Shown in pieces: positions 35,221 through 48,146 of a stretch of DNA of 64,000 nt. Source of the stretch: Octopus bimaculoides (lineage: Eukaryota); NCBI RefSeq assembly GCF_001194135.2, contig NC_068986.1:13501302-13565301 (forward strand). The letters are read 5' to 3'. Made by a program: the position numbers and the translations under genes. Numbering within the stretch: the stretch's first letter is position 1; each line of letters begins with the position of its first letter. The notes under the pieces are model-generated. The model worked only from the letters and a program-made list of their open reading frames with translations. It ran no database searches and was not told where the DNA came from.

Positions 35221-35860
35221 GGATCTATTTCAAAACGGAGGCACCAGTATTTTCTTAACGAAACACTAACGAAACACTTTGAAACTTGGGACACTGGTAG
35301 AATGTGTCATATAAAACATCTTTTACTCTTAGTCTTCTTAACAAAAAAAAAAAGGAATTCGCAAGTTATTCCATGTTAAAGTTGTCGTATTTCTGTAATT
35401 TCAACCAATCACTGACGTCTATTCAGCTGAATAGAGTTACTGCTGGGCGGTCATAAAAATGTTATTCCCTGTGACATATTTCATCCGGTTTAATCGTAAT
35501 TTATACGCATATGTTGTTTATATAATAAATTACGCTGTGCTTATCTATGTGTGTAACAATTTTAGAGTTCGGATTCTAGAGTTTAGGGTTAGGGTTAGGG
35601 TTAACAGTCTAGTTAGGGTTAGGGGATTAATACGATATACACCGTTACAGCGCTAACTGTTTTCAACTGAATAGACGTCAGTGATTAGTAGAAATTATCG
35701 AAATAAGACAATTTTTTACATGAAATAAATTCGAATACAAAATTTTTTTCTGTTTTATAACACAAAATAGATAAGTATACGAAGTTTGAAAGTCTTTCGG
35801 TACCAAAAACACTACATAAAACATAAATGAAAACTGGTGCCCCCGTTTTGAAATAGATCC
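35221..35860. mobile_element. Merlin-like MITE family M1, second copy
   Basis: TIR GGATCTATTTCAAAACGG and perfect 8-bp TSD CAATATCT (35213-35220, 35861-35868). Confidence 0.85.
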
Positions 35861-36910
35861 CAATATCTAGTAATGTTGACTAGAGTTATTTTGGTTACAC
35901 CCCTGGACTCTTTTGTAACACCAATTCACATTTGCCCAATCAATCATTTTTTACATAAGTTTTTTTGACAGGCGTTGACAGACAAAAAGACAAGATTAAT
36001 TTTCGCGTTTAAAGACTTCGTTTTTGAACGTTTTGGTGGGCTTATCAAAACCCTGTAATTTAACACCCCACCGTAACTTTACTTATAGCAGCCGGTTGCT
36101 ATGTGTCGTGGCTACGTATCTTTCGATTCACGTTTAATAAGATATTTTTCGTCCTTCAATTTTCCCTCTAAGAGATTAATTCTGATGTAACCGAACAATG
36201 TTTTTAATTTATATGACACTGCTCACCTCTCCTCCGTTGACAATTTCATTATTTCGTGATTAGCACACACAACAATGGATATAACAAATTATACGTAATG
36301 TATATTTAAAACGTTTAGTGTTATTAATAAACATTATTAAAAGTAGTTTTTTCTCTCATTAATTATTCAACATGTTTAAATAACACGGCTACAATATGTT
36401 TAATGAAATAAACAGGTGCTTCTCAGAGTGGGCGGTACCACCCCCTGGGGTCGGTGGAAAATTCATATGGTTACTGGTGGTGGTGATGGTGGTAGAGGGG
36501 TGTTGCCCAAAAGTTTCGAAAAAAAAGACTATATAAGGTGGGGATCGCAATTTGTAACAAATGGATTTTTATGTATTCTAACTTTGTTGTAGCAGACCAC
36601 ATGCATATGAAACAGCTGCCCGAAAATCCTTGGCCCTGATTTTTTTGGTGTCGGCTCGACTAGAAAGGGTGTTGCCTGGGCAACTAGAGCAATACCCTTG
36701 CATCCGCCACTGCCTGGAGGAAGTGGGAGTGGCTTGTTATACATGATGGGCTTCCACGCAGTTTCTGTCAACCAGATCCACTTACAAGGCATTGGTTAAC
36801 CGGGGTCTGTGGTAGAATACACTTGCCTAAGTGCTGCGCGGCGGGACTGAAACCGATAGTAAACGTATATAGTATGAGGTGCGCTCGTCAGAGGTGTTTT
36901 CTACTTGGTC

Positions 36911-37083
36911 CACTGGCATAGCTAGAGTGTGTGGCGCCCGGGGCAGCCTTCCGTTTCCAGCCTTCGTACCCCACAAAAAACACATATTGCCTACAGCAGA
37001 CCCAAAAGTGGTGCCCCTTTAAAAGTGCCGCCTGGGGCGGACCGCCCCTAACGTCCGTCTCCCCACCCCCAGCTACGCCATAT
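36911..37083. mobile_element. Small hAT-like MITE
   Basis: Ends CACTGGCATAGCT and AGCTACGCCAT resemble CAGTGGCGTAGCT-type TIRs. GC-rich interior. Confidence 0.4.
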
Positions 37084-37294
37084 TATTACGAATTGCTGGC
37101 TGTATGTTCATGGTACTTTTCATACAGTCCGGCATTACGGTGGTGGGAAATCCAGAATTTTTTGTGTGTTGTTTCTTAAAAATTCTATATAGAAGTGGGA
37201 ATCGCAATTCGAACAAATGGACCCATTTTTATGTATTCTTTGTTGTAGCAGACCATATGCATTTGAAAGGGTAATGCTGTGAAAGTGTTCTGTT

Positions 37295-37665
37295 TCTTCT
37301 ATTCTCCTATTCCTTTCAGTTATTTGACTGCGGCCATGCTGGAGCACCGCCTTTAGTCGAGTAAATCGACCCCAGGACTTATTCTTTGTAAGCCTAGTAC
37401 TTATTCTATCGGTCTCTTTTGCCGAACCGCTACAATATATGGGGACGTAAAAACACCAGCATCGGCTGTCAAGCGATGTTGGGGGACAAACGCAGACACA
37501 CAAACATATATATACGACGGGCTTCTTTCAGTTTCCGACAACCAAATCTGCTCACAGAGCTTTGGTCGGTCCGAGGCTATAGCAGAAGACATTTGCCCAA
37601 GGTGTCACGCAGTGGGACTGAACCCGGAACCATGTGGTTGGTAAGCAAGCTACTTACTCCTGCGC
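37295..37665 (-). mobile_element. Composite SINE B-D, CpG-intact
   Basis: Close consensus match. Confidence 0.9.
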
Positions 37666-37729
37666 CTTTGGATATAAAATAACAATGTTATTATATTTGC
37701 AACAGTACAGTGAGTATTCTTTTCTTCTC

Positions 37730-38232
37730 TAGGCACAAGGCCCGAAATTTTTTTTGGGTGGTGGGGGGGCAGGCGATTAGATCGACTTCAGTACACAACT
37801 GGTACTTAATTTATCGACCACGAAAAGATGAAAGGCAAAGTCGACCTTGGCGGAATTTNNNNNNNNNNNNNNNNNNNNNNNNNNNNNNNNNNNNNNNNNN
37901 NNNNNNNNNNNNNNNNNNNNNNNNNNNNNNNNNNNNNNNNNNNNNNNNNNNNNNNNNNNNNNNNNNNNNNNNNNNNNNNNNNNNNNNNNNNNNNNNNNNN
38001 NNNNNNNNNNNNNNNNNNNNNNNNNNNNNNNNNNNNNNNNNNNNNNNNNNNNNNNNNNNNNGGGTGAGGGTGGGGATGGGGGTCAGTTAATTACATCGAC
38101 TCCAGTACGCAACTGGTGCTTAATTTTTCGACCCCGAAAGGATGAGAGGCAAAGGTCGACCTCGGCGGAATTTGAACTCAGAACATCACAGCAGACAAAA
38201 TACCGCTAAGCATTTTGCCCGGCGTGCTAACG
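37730..38232 (-). mobile_element. SINE A copies on both sides of a gap
   Basis: 37730-37858 and 38062-38232 match the reverse consensus. Confidence 0.8.
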
Positions 38233-38564
38233 TTTCTGCCAGCTCACCGCCTTGGTACAGTGATTATTGAGTTACTTATGGGAAATAGTGACCAACTACA
38301 CTTGTGTATCACAACTTAATAACACGGTCACTTCATAATTCAAGTTAATGAGAACAACGAAACCGTCATTAAAGTTCAAGCTTGTATTTTCGAAATTTAA
38401 TCTTTCTTAAGCTGTGGTCCCGATTTTTTTTTTTTGTGGGGTCAGCTCGGCTAGAAAAGGGGGCAACATCCTTGCATCTGCCATTGCATCGTATTTGAGC
38501 TGCTTGCAATCCATTAACTCTCGTAGCAGAGAGGTGTATGCTCAGTGATAGAGAACAAGGGAAG

Positions 38565-38823
38565 TACGTGTATCCAAGTGAGTCAACCGCCTGGTTAACC
38601 CCGCCCCCACACAAGTGCGTAATTTACTTCCCAACCACATGGTTCCGGGTTCAGTCCCATTGCATGACACATTCGCCGGATGTCTTCAACAAAAGTCTTG
38701 CGAGTGAATTTGGTAGACACAAATCGAAAGAAGCCAGTCGTATGCGGTGTGTTCACGTCCCCGGAAATTAGCAGTTCGACAAAAGATATCGAAAGAGTAT
38801 GTACCATGCTTTACAAAAAAGAA

Positions 38824-38866
<43 letters not shown>

Positions 38867-38960
38867 GGTACTGGGATCGCCGATTTGTTCGACTAAAATT
38901 CTTCAAGTCGGTGACCGAGTATGGTCGCAGTCAGAATGTGGCCACGCCGAGGCACCGCCT
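38565..38960 (+). mobile_element. SINE B-D variant
   Basis: CCCAACCACATGGTTCCGGGTTCAGTCCC and a D-like module with an internal (AAT)n. Confidence 0.7.
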
Positions 38961-41652
38961 TGAAGAATTCTTGATTGATTGTATCGACCCCAGCACTNNN
39001 NNNNNNNNNNNNNNNNNNNNNNNNNNNNNNNNNNNNNNNNNNNNNNNNNNNNNNNNNNNNNNNNNNNNNNNNNNNNNNNNNNNNNNNNNNNNNNNNNNNN
39101 NNNNNNNNNNNNNNNNNNNNNNNNNNNNNNNNNNNNNNNNNNNNNNNNNNNNNNNNNNNNNNNNNNNNNNNNNNNNNNNNNNNNNNNNNNNNNNNNNNNN
39201 NNNNNNNNNNNNNNNNNNNNNNNNNNNNNNNNNNNNNNNNNNNNNNNNNNNNNNNNNNNNNNNNNNNNNNNNNNNNNNNNNNNNNNNNNNNNNNNNNNNN
39301 NNNNNNNNNNNNNNNNNNNNNNNNNNNNNNNNNNNNNNNNNNNNNNNNNNNNNNNNNNNNNNNNNNNNNNNNNNNNNNNNNNNNNNNNNNNNNNNNNNNN
39401 NNNNNNNNNNNNNNNNNNNNNNNNNNNNNNNNNNNNNNNNNNNNNNNNNNNNNNNNNNNNNNNNNNNNNNNNNNNNNNNNNNNNNNNNNNNNNNNNNNNN
39501 NNNNNNNNNNNNNNNNNNNNNNNNNNNNNNNNNNNNNNNNNNNNNNNNNNNNNNNNNNNNNNNNNNNNNNNNNNNNNNNNNNNNNNNNNNNNNNNNNNNN
39601 NNNNNNNNNNNNNNNNNNNNNNNNNNNNNNNNNNNNNNNNNNNNNNNNNNNNNNNNNNNNNNNNNNNNNNNNNNNNNNNNNNNNNNNNNNNNNNNNNNNN
39701 NNNNNNNNNNNNNNNNNNNNNNNNNNNNNNNNNNNNNNNNNNNNNNNNNNNNNNNNNNNNNNNNNNNNNNNNNNNNNNNNNNNNNNNNNNNNNNNNNNNN
39801 NNNNNNNNNNNNNNNNNNNNNNNNNNNNNNNNNNNNNNNNNNNNNNNNNNNNNNNNNNNNNNNNNNNNNNNNNNNNNTGTGTGTAAAATCAATTGGAAAA
39901 CTAATAGTAATGATATTTCATTTGTCCCAACCTAATTCAATAACGCCCGGTCAATTAAAGAGAGAAAAAAAAAATCATACAAAGAATATTTGAAATAGAA
40001 AAGAAAAAAAAAGGCTTTACATATGTAATTTATTAGATTAATAAAATATATAAATCAACATTCGCAGAACCCCCCCATACACACACATACATACATATAT
40101 ATATATATACATACATATATATATATATATATAAATGTATTGCACTCACTCTCACAATATTTTATTCGCATTTTCATTTAATTTACCAGCCTCTGTTGTT
40201 AATTGCTTCATCTAATTAAGTGATCTCAATAATAACACAGCGTGTTGTAATAATTTCTCCTCCTGATAAAGTTAAACCTCTCAAAGTTTTGGCATATTTT
40301 AACTATGTATGTATTACATACTGCTTAATTCACACCTATTTTCACCATCGTCCGTCCCTATGCGACTCAATTACTTTAGTGCTGTCATAGCGATAACTGT
40401 TCCAGTTTTGTTCATATGTAGCTTTAGAATTTTCTTTTATCTATGAAGGAAACTACTTAAAAAATTGCCATGAAAATGCTACCAACTGGTTTTTGACGAA
40501 TCTTTATCGACGGACATACCAGGGACGAACTTTGGAATTCATTGGTTTCTCTCCCAGTTAATTTTTATTATTATTATTACCAAATTGCTCTATCGAACAC
40601 GGTAGTTGTCTTCTTTTCAAATCTGCTACGACGTCCCCTATTATGATTGATCAATTCCAACTTTGTCTACCATCTAATAATGCATTATAAGTTTCGCTGC
40701 TGCTTTGTACAATCTTCGTATCACCCTTCAAATTATTTATAATGGTGAATGGCGTTTTGGTACAGAATGGATTCTACCTAATATAATGTATGTATACATT
40801 AATTCTCTTTACCTTTTACACTTGGAATTTCTTCATCTTGATATTCGTCTCTTTTTAGAAATCGAAAGTTCAATTATTGGAATTCAAGACAATAACTCTT
40901 ATGACTGTTTAACCCTAGGTTCGCCTTGATGAAGATAATCTGTGATCAAAATCTTCACAGCTATGTCCACTCTGTCTTTTGTTGAAACTTGGGGTTATCT
41001 AAGAATACCTACCGTGTATAATTTTCCAGAATGGTCATTCGAATGTTTTAAGGTATTACTGTGTATGATTTGATGAAGGTTTGGTTGCTATATCTAGCAG
41101 TTTCAAGCGACCACGAAGGGCCCCTACTCGTTTCTCTGCACCAGGTCAACCCTGATTAAGCAAAACAAAGCCAAAGGCGCTCTGTTTTGACTATTATTTT
41201 ATCTGACTCGTCATTACTCTCTTTATTTTTGATACATATATATTTTAAAACAGCAGGATGTGTTAAGAGAGCTGTTATTCTATCAGTTTGAACGACTACA
41301 TAGAGGTTCCTTCGCTGGCTAAAAACCAATAATAAATATAACCACACGCTTAACATTTAAAATGGAATATCGTATTACATTTGACATGCTTACAGATTAT
41401 TTAAATAAACAGCTCGTGTTTTGATTTATTTCTTCTTTGCTTTCTTTTCTCAAAACAAACTTTAATGAATCAAAAATTACAGGTGTAAGTGTGTATTAGG
41501 GTATAAGATCTAGTTTTTTAAGTCGATGTCAGCATTTTCCATAGAGGGATGTGTTTATAGACGATTTATATATAAACAGTAAAATAAAAATTAAAATCTG
41601 ATTGTGATTAGGTTCACATTTGTTCATGTGTATGCACGGACGCATACACAGA

Positions 41653-41728
<76 letters not shown>

Positions 41729-41917
41729 TTAGCACGCCGGGCGAAATGCTTAGCGGTATTTCGTCTGTCTTTATGTTTCTGAGTTCAAATTCCGCCGAGG
41801 TCGACTTTGCCTTTCATCCTTTCGGGGTCAATAAATTAAGTACCAGTTGCGCACTGTGATCGATCTAATCGACTGGCCCCCCTCCCCACAAATTTCGGGC
41901 CTTGTGTCTAGAGTACA
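41729..41917 (+). mobile_element. SINE A, 5'-clipped, CpG-intact
   Basis: TAGCACGCCGGGCGAAATGCTTAGCGG... Confidence 0.9.
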
Positions 41918-42434
41918 AAAAAATGTGCGAGTTTGCTAGCGTGTGCACAGGGCCTGTGAGAGGGGTTTTAGCCTGTACATCAGACTGTTGCCAGTATATC
42001 TAATGAGGGGATTGGAGATCTAAGAAATTGGGGGCATGAATTTCTAACGAGCGAGATAGGAAGCAGAGGTCTCCACCCTCCCTAGGTGGGGGTCCCGAAA
42101 GCAACCACGTCTCGCCTTGCGATGCTTCTCTTGGAGGGCCTCAGTGTATGTGTGTGTATATATATATATATTCGTATGTATGTATGTATGTATGTATCTA
42201 GGAGAGAGTTTCATTTAAATGATTGCGTAGACGTGTCTGTGCTTGTAATATATATTAGAGTATGTGCCGCTCGAGGCAACCTGTGAGTTCATCGCTCCGC
42301 CGTCTCCGCCTGGGCGCCCGAACCTATACAGGTATATATATATGTATAGCGCACGTATGTGTGTGCATGTATGTATATACATATATATAATGTGTGTGTG
42401 ATTCTGTGAATCCACGAGTGTACGCAAGTGTTAC

Positions 42435-42478
<44 letters not shown>

Positions 42479-43949
42479 GTATGTACGGGAATGGTTTCGT
42501 ACGTGTGTGTGTGTGTGTGTGTGTGTGTATACACATGTAGGCAAGTATATATCTGTACGTATGCGTGTGGTTACTAATAGCGTATTGTAGGGAGCATTAA
42601 AAAGCTAACCAGATATTATTATACAGCGTGGAAAAGAATATCAATCAATAAGCAATATTAATTATATTGATTCAACTCACGAGATACTTGCGTGAGTGTA
42701 TGTGTGTGTGTGTGGTCTTTAAGGTACTTAAGCAGATCAGGAAGTAACAAGTTTAAACACCCTCAGCATTAACTATGCACTCCACAGGTTCAAGCTAAAC
42801 TTAATTTGGACTCTATCGAACTTAGTTCAATTGGTGTGATGAAAAGGAGATTCGATTTTCTATTTCACGTAAGTGCTTTGTCGTTTTAAGGTAGGTTCGC
42901 AGGTCATTTGTCCGGTGTTCCCACGGATGTAGTGAGCCCAAACTAATCTACGTATACTCTGATTTGCTGTCAATGTATGATTTAGTTCGGGCTGGTGTCC
43001 CTTCGTTTTATGAACCGAAAACGAAAGTGAGAATATCAATAGACTTTGGCACTGCCCAGATGGACGCATCAAATAGACAGACACTTATTTTTTCTTTTAA
43101 AAATGTTTTTTTCCCCCCTGAATTCTTACGTTTATAATGAAAGATATTTACAGATTTACTAATAAAACAGTTTTTTAAATTTTTAATTCTCTTCCCACCC
43201 CTATTTTTTAATACCAATTACGATAATTTTCCATTTTCATTTTGTGGTATGACTGATANNNNNNNNNNNNNNNNNNNNNNNNNNNNNNNNNNNNNNNNNN
43301 NNNNNNNNNNNNNNNNNNNNNNNNNNNNNNNNNNNNNNNNNNNNNNNNNNNNNNNNNNNNNNNNNNNNNNNNNNNNNNNNNNNNNNNNNNNNNNNNNNNN
43401 NNNNNNNNNNNNNNNNNNNNNNNNNNNNNNNNNNNNNNNNNNNNNNNNNNNNNNNNNNNNNNNNNNNNNNNNNNNNNNNNNNNNNNNNNNNNNNNNNNNN
43501 NNNNNNNNNNNNNNNNNNNNNNNNNNNNNNNNNNNNNNNNNNNNNNNNNNNNNNNNNNNNNNNNNNNNNNNNNNNNNNNNNNNNNNNNNNNNNNNNNNNN
43601 NNNNNNNNNNNNNNNNNNNNNNNNNNNNNNNNNNNNNNNNNNNNNNNNNNNNNNNNNNNNNNNNNNNNNNNNNNNNNNNNNNNNNNNNNNNNNNNNNNNN
43701 NNNNNNNNNNNNNNNNNNNNNNNNNNNNNNNNNNNNNNNNNNNNNNNNNNNNNNNNNNNNNNNNNNNNNNNNNNNNNNNNNNNNNNNNNNNNNNNNNNNN
43801 NNNNNNNNNNNNNNNNNNNNNNNNNNNNNNNNNNNNNNNNNNNNNNNNNNNNNNNNNNNNNNNNNNNNNNNNNNNNNNNNNNNNNNNNNNNNNNNNNNNN
43901 NNNNNNNNNNNNNNNNNNNNNNNNNNNNNNNNNNNNNNNNNNNTATATA

Positions 43950-44238
43950 TAAAGAATAAAAAGTTTTGAATGGTACGACAATGCATTATAATACAAAAAA
44001 TGGACTATATACCTGTTGTAATTTAGTTATCCATAGTCCGATGATATTTCGGAATACAATTTCTTCTTCAGATATTCTTAGATGGAGTCGCTGCTATTAT
44101 CTGTTTTCCAATGGCTTTTCTTTTTTCAGAAGCTTCCAAAATATCATCGGACAATAGATAGCTAAATTACAACAGGTATATGGTCCATTTTTTGTATAAT
44201 GGTGCATTGTTGTACCATTCAAAACTTTTTATTCTTTA
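43950..44238. mobile_element. 105-bp-arm inverted repeat (Penelope-like inverted pLTR, or a MITE)
   Basis: 43950-44054 is the near reverse complement of 44134-44238. Minimal hammerhead-like motif at 44041-44073 (-). Confidence 0.6.
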
Positions 44239-44327
44239 CAAACGATACACAATGCTTCAAGCGAACTACAATACTCTCATATATATATACACACACACAT
44301 AGGTACTGTAAGTTATAGAGGTAATAC

Positions 44328-44462
44328 AACGGGCTTCTTTCAGTTTCTGTCTACCGAATCCACTCACAAGGCTTTGGTTGGCCCGAGGCTATAGTAAAAG
44401 ACACTTGCCCAAGGTGCCATGCAGTGGGACTGAACCCGGAACCATGTGGTTGGTAAGCAAGC
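44328..44462 (-). mobile_element. SINE B
   Basis: Consensus match. Confidence 0.85.
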
Positions 44463-45027
44463 TATATATATATATATGTATGTTTTTGTGTATGTCCCCT
44501 ACCATTGCTAAATTACCAGTACTAGTTTGTTTATGTCCCTTGCAACTTAGCGGTTTGGTAAAAGAGATCAATAGAATAAGTTACCAACCAAATTTTAANN
44601 NNNNNNNNNNNNNNNNNNNNNNNNNNNNNNNNNNNNNNNNNNNNNNNNNNNNNNNNNNNNNNNNNNNNNNNNNNNNNNNNNNNNNNNNNNNNNNNNNNNN
44701 NNNNNNNNNNNNNNNNNNNNNNNNNNNNNNNNNNNNNNNNNNNNNNNNNNNNNNNNNNNNNNNNNNNNNNNNNNNNNNNNNNNNNNNNNNNNNNNNNNNN
44801 NNNNNNNNNNNNNNNNNNNNNNNNNNNNNNNNNNNNNNNNNNNNNNNNNNNNNNNNNNNNNNNNNNNNNNNNNNNNNNNNNNNNNNNNNNNNNNNNNNNN
44901 NNNNNNNNNNNNNNNNNNNNNNNNNNNNNNNNNNNNNNNNNNNNNNNNNNNNNNNNNNNNNNNNNNNNNNNNNNNNNNNNNNNNNNNNNNNNNNNNNNNN
45001 NNNNNNNNNNNNNNNNNNNNNNNNNNN

Positions 45028-45335
45028 AGGCATGGGTTGGATGGTTTGACCAGGGCTGGTAAGCTGGAAGGCTGCACCAGACTCCAGTCTGATTTGGCAT
45101 GGTTTTCTACAGCTGGATGTCCTTCCTAACACCAACCACTCTGAAAGTGTAATGGGTGCTTCTACGTACCACTGGCACAAGTGCCATTTGCGTGACACCA
45201 GTATCTGCCATCACTGTGATTTTGCTTGGCTTGATGGGTCTTCTTCTCAAGCATGACATAATACCAAAGGTCTTGGTTATTGCCTGCGTCAGGCCCAACA
45301 TTCGAAATGAACTCAGTCACTTTGCCTCCGTGAAG
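45028..45335 (-). mobile_element. RTE LINE 3' fragment
   Basis: MLGLTQAIT...CLRRRPIKPSK followed by the conserved tail. Confidence 0.75.
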
Positions 45336-45529
45336 CCCAACTTTCAAATTGTTTCACTTATAGAGTTGTGGTCATGATGGGGCACTTCTTTGAAGTACTT
45401 ATTTTTTAAAGCCTGGTGCTTTTTCTGTTAGTTTATTTGGCTGAACTGCTATGTTACAGGGGACATAAACAGACCTAAGCCACTTGTCAAACAGTGGCAG
45501 AAAACAAACACACACACACATGTATATAT

Positions 45530-46400
45530 CATCATCATCATCATCACCATCATCATCATCGTTTTACTTCTGTTTTCCATGCTGGCATGGGTTGGATGGC
45601 TTGACTTGTGTCCGGGAAGCCATGAGACTGCACCAGGCTCCAATCTGATCTGGCAGTATTTCTACAGCTGGATGCCCTTCCTAACACCAACCACTCCGAG
45701 AGTGTAGTGGGTGCTTTTTACATGCCACTGGCACAGGGGCCAGAGGAGCTGCCATCGACTATGATTGGATGGTGCTTTTTATGTGCCACCAGCACAGAAG
45801 CCAGTCAAAGCAGCACTGGCATCGGCCACGTTCAGATGGTGCTTTTTACGTGCCACCGGCACGGGGGTCAGAACTACAATTTCCATTTGATTTGATTTTG
45901 ATATGGCTGTTGATATTGATGTACTTGACTTAATAGGTCTCCTCAAGCATGGCATGTCTCCCTACGATCCAAGGTACTTTTGAGTGGACTGGCTATGCGA
46001 CACTGGTGTAGGTTACAGCTGTGAACTCACTTTATTTGCCCGGTCTTTTCACTCACAGCATATCTCCAGAGGTTTCGGTCTTTTGTCATTGCCTCTGTGA
46101 GGCTCAATGTTTGAAGATCATGCTTTACCACCTCATCCCATGTTTTCCTGGGTCTCCCTCTACCCCGGATTCCTTCAACTGTTTGGGAGTGGCACTTCTT
46201 CACACAACTCTCCTCATCCGTCCGCAGTACATGACCATACCAATGCAAACGTTTCTCTTGCACACCACATTCGATGCTTCTTATATCTAACATTTCTCTC
46301 AGGGTGCTTTCACTCCGTAGTGTATGCACCCTGACATTACACATCCAGTAGTTCATGCTAGCTTCATTTCTATCGAGCCTACGCATGTCTTCAGCAGTCA
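45530..46400 (-). mobile_element. RTE LINE 3' fragment with open ORF C-terminus
   Basis: ORF 46027-46413: RRLDRNEASM...KRLHWYGHVLR...GIRGRGRPRKTWDEVVKHDL...DRNLWRYAV, then UTR repeats and (GAT)n. Confidence 0.9.
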
Positions 46401-46414
46401 CCGAAAAAGCCACC

Positions 46415-46685
46415 TAAAATGCACCGGTGCTGGTGCCACATAAAAAGCATTGGTGCTGGTGCCACATAAATGGCACTGATGCTGGTGCCATGTAAAAAGC
46501 ACTGGTGCAGGTGCCACATAAAAAGCACCCAGTTCACTCTGTTAAAGAGGTTGGCATTATGAAGGGCATCCAGCTGTAGAAACTATGCAAAAGCACAATG
46601 GAACCTGGGGTGGCTCCTAGCCTTGCCAGCACCTGTCAAACCGTCCAACCCATGCCAGCATGGAAAACAGCCGTTTTTGATGATG
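46415..46685 (+). mobile_element. RTE-type 3' UTR with 26-bp repeats
   Basis: GTGCTGGTGCCACATAAAAAGCA units and the conserved tail. Confidence 0.8.
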
Positions 46686-46959
46686 ATAATATGCATCCAG
46701 CTACACACACCAACACAGATATACATATTTACAAACACTCAATGATATACACACACACACACACACACTGAGATATAACATACAAATATATATATATATA
46801 CACACACACATACATGCACAAACTACATCAAGCACATACCAGGCTGGCCATTGTAAATGTATCAATAATGATTGCATGAATGAAATTCTCATTGAAGATT
46901 AAGTTTTTGTTGGTTGGGGGAAGAGGAAGGAAGATTGCTAAATGATGGTAGGGGGAGTG

Positions 46960-46990
46960 TGTGTATATACATATGTATGTGTAGGTAGTA

Positions 46991-47026
<36 letters not shown>

Positions 47027-47656
47027 GAATGTTTGAGAAAGTGTATATGTGCAATGTGTATGTGTGTGTGTGTATATATATGTAAATGTTTATGCGGCTA
47101 TGTGAATATAAGAATGTATGGCATGTTTGCATTTGTGTGAGTGTGTGTGCTTGCTTGGGTATGTGTGTGTGTATGTGTGCGTGTGTATGTGTGTATGTGT
47201 TTGCATATTTTTGTTTGTATGTTTGCATGTGTGTGTGTGTGTGTGTTTGCATGTGTTTTTATGTGTATGTTTGTATGTGTGTATTTATGTTTGTATGTGT
47301 GTGTGTGTGTTTGCATGTGTGTTTGTGTGTGTGTGTGTGTTTGCATGTGTGTCTGTTTTTATGTGTGTGTTTGTGTGTGTGTGTGTGTGTGTCTGCATGT
47401 GTTATGTGTATATGTTTCTATGTACGTGTGTGTGTGTGTATGTATAGAAATTGGAGGAAAATGATTTATTCTTTGTATTTGGTGAGGAAGTGCCATGGGG
47501 TTTGGACTGGGATGGAGAAAGTTCTGGTATTTTCCATGTGTTCCGGTATTTTCCATATCACTCCCTCGCCTTCCCCTACATTTTTACTGCTGCACCCTGC
47601 CTTTACATTTCAACATTACACTGGGATCTCTTCCATCTATCACACACACACACGTA

Positions 47657-47691
<35 letters not shown>

Positions 47692-47912
47692 TTTGGATTT
47701 GGTTATATATCTATGTATATGCACAGACATGCGTGCACACACACATATATACATACACATGCACACACACACATACACACATACACATGCACAGACACAC
47801 ACATACACACACACACACATATATATACATGCACATGTAGACACACACATACACATATATATATATACACATACACATACACATATATATATATACACAT
47901 ACACATATATAT
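46960..47912. repeat. Compound (TG)/(CA)/(TA) microsatellite field
   Basis: Direct reading. Confidence 0.85.
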
Positions 47913-47915
47913 ACA

Positions 47916-48146
47916 AGGCGGCGAGCTGGCAGAAACGTTAGCACGCCGGGCGAAATGCTTAGCGGTATTTCGTCTGCCGCTACGTTCTGAGTTCAAATTC
48001 TGCCGAGGTCGACTTTGCCTTTCATCCTTTCGGGGTCGATAAAATAAGTACCAGTTACGCACTGGGGTCGATATAATCGACTTAATCCATTTGTCTGTCT
48101 TTGTTTGTCCCCTCTGTGTGTAGCCCCTTGTGGTAGTAAAGAAATA
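47916..48146 (+). mobile_element. SINE A, tail type 2, young
   Basis: Near-identical to 3041-3270. Confidence 0.9.
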
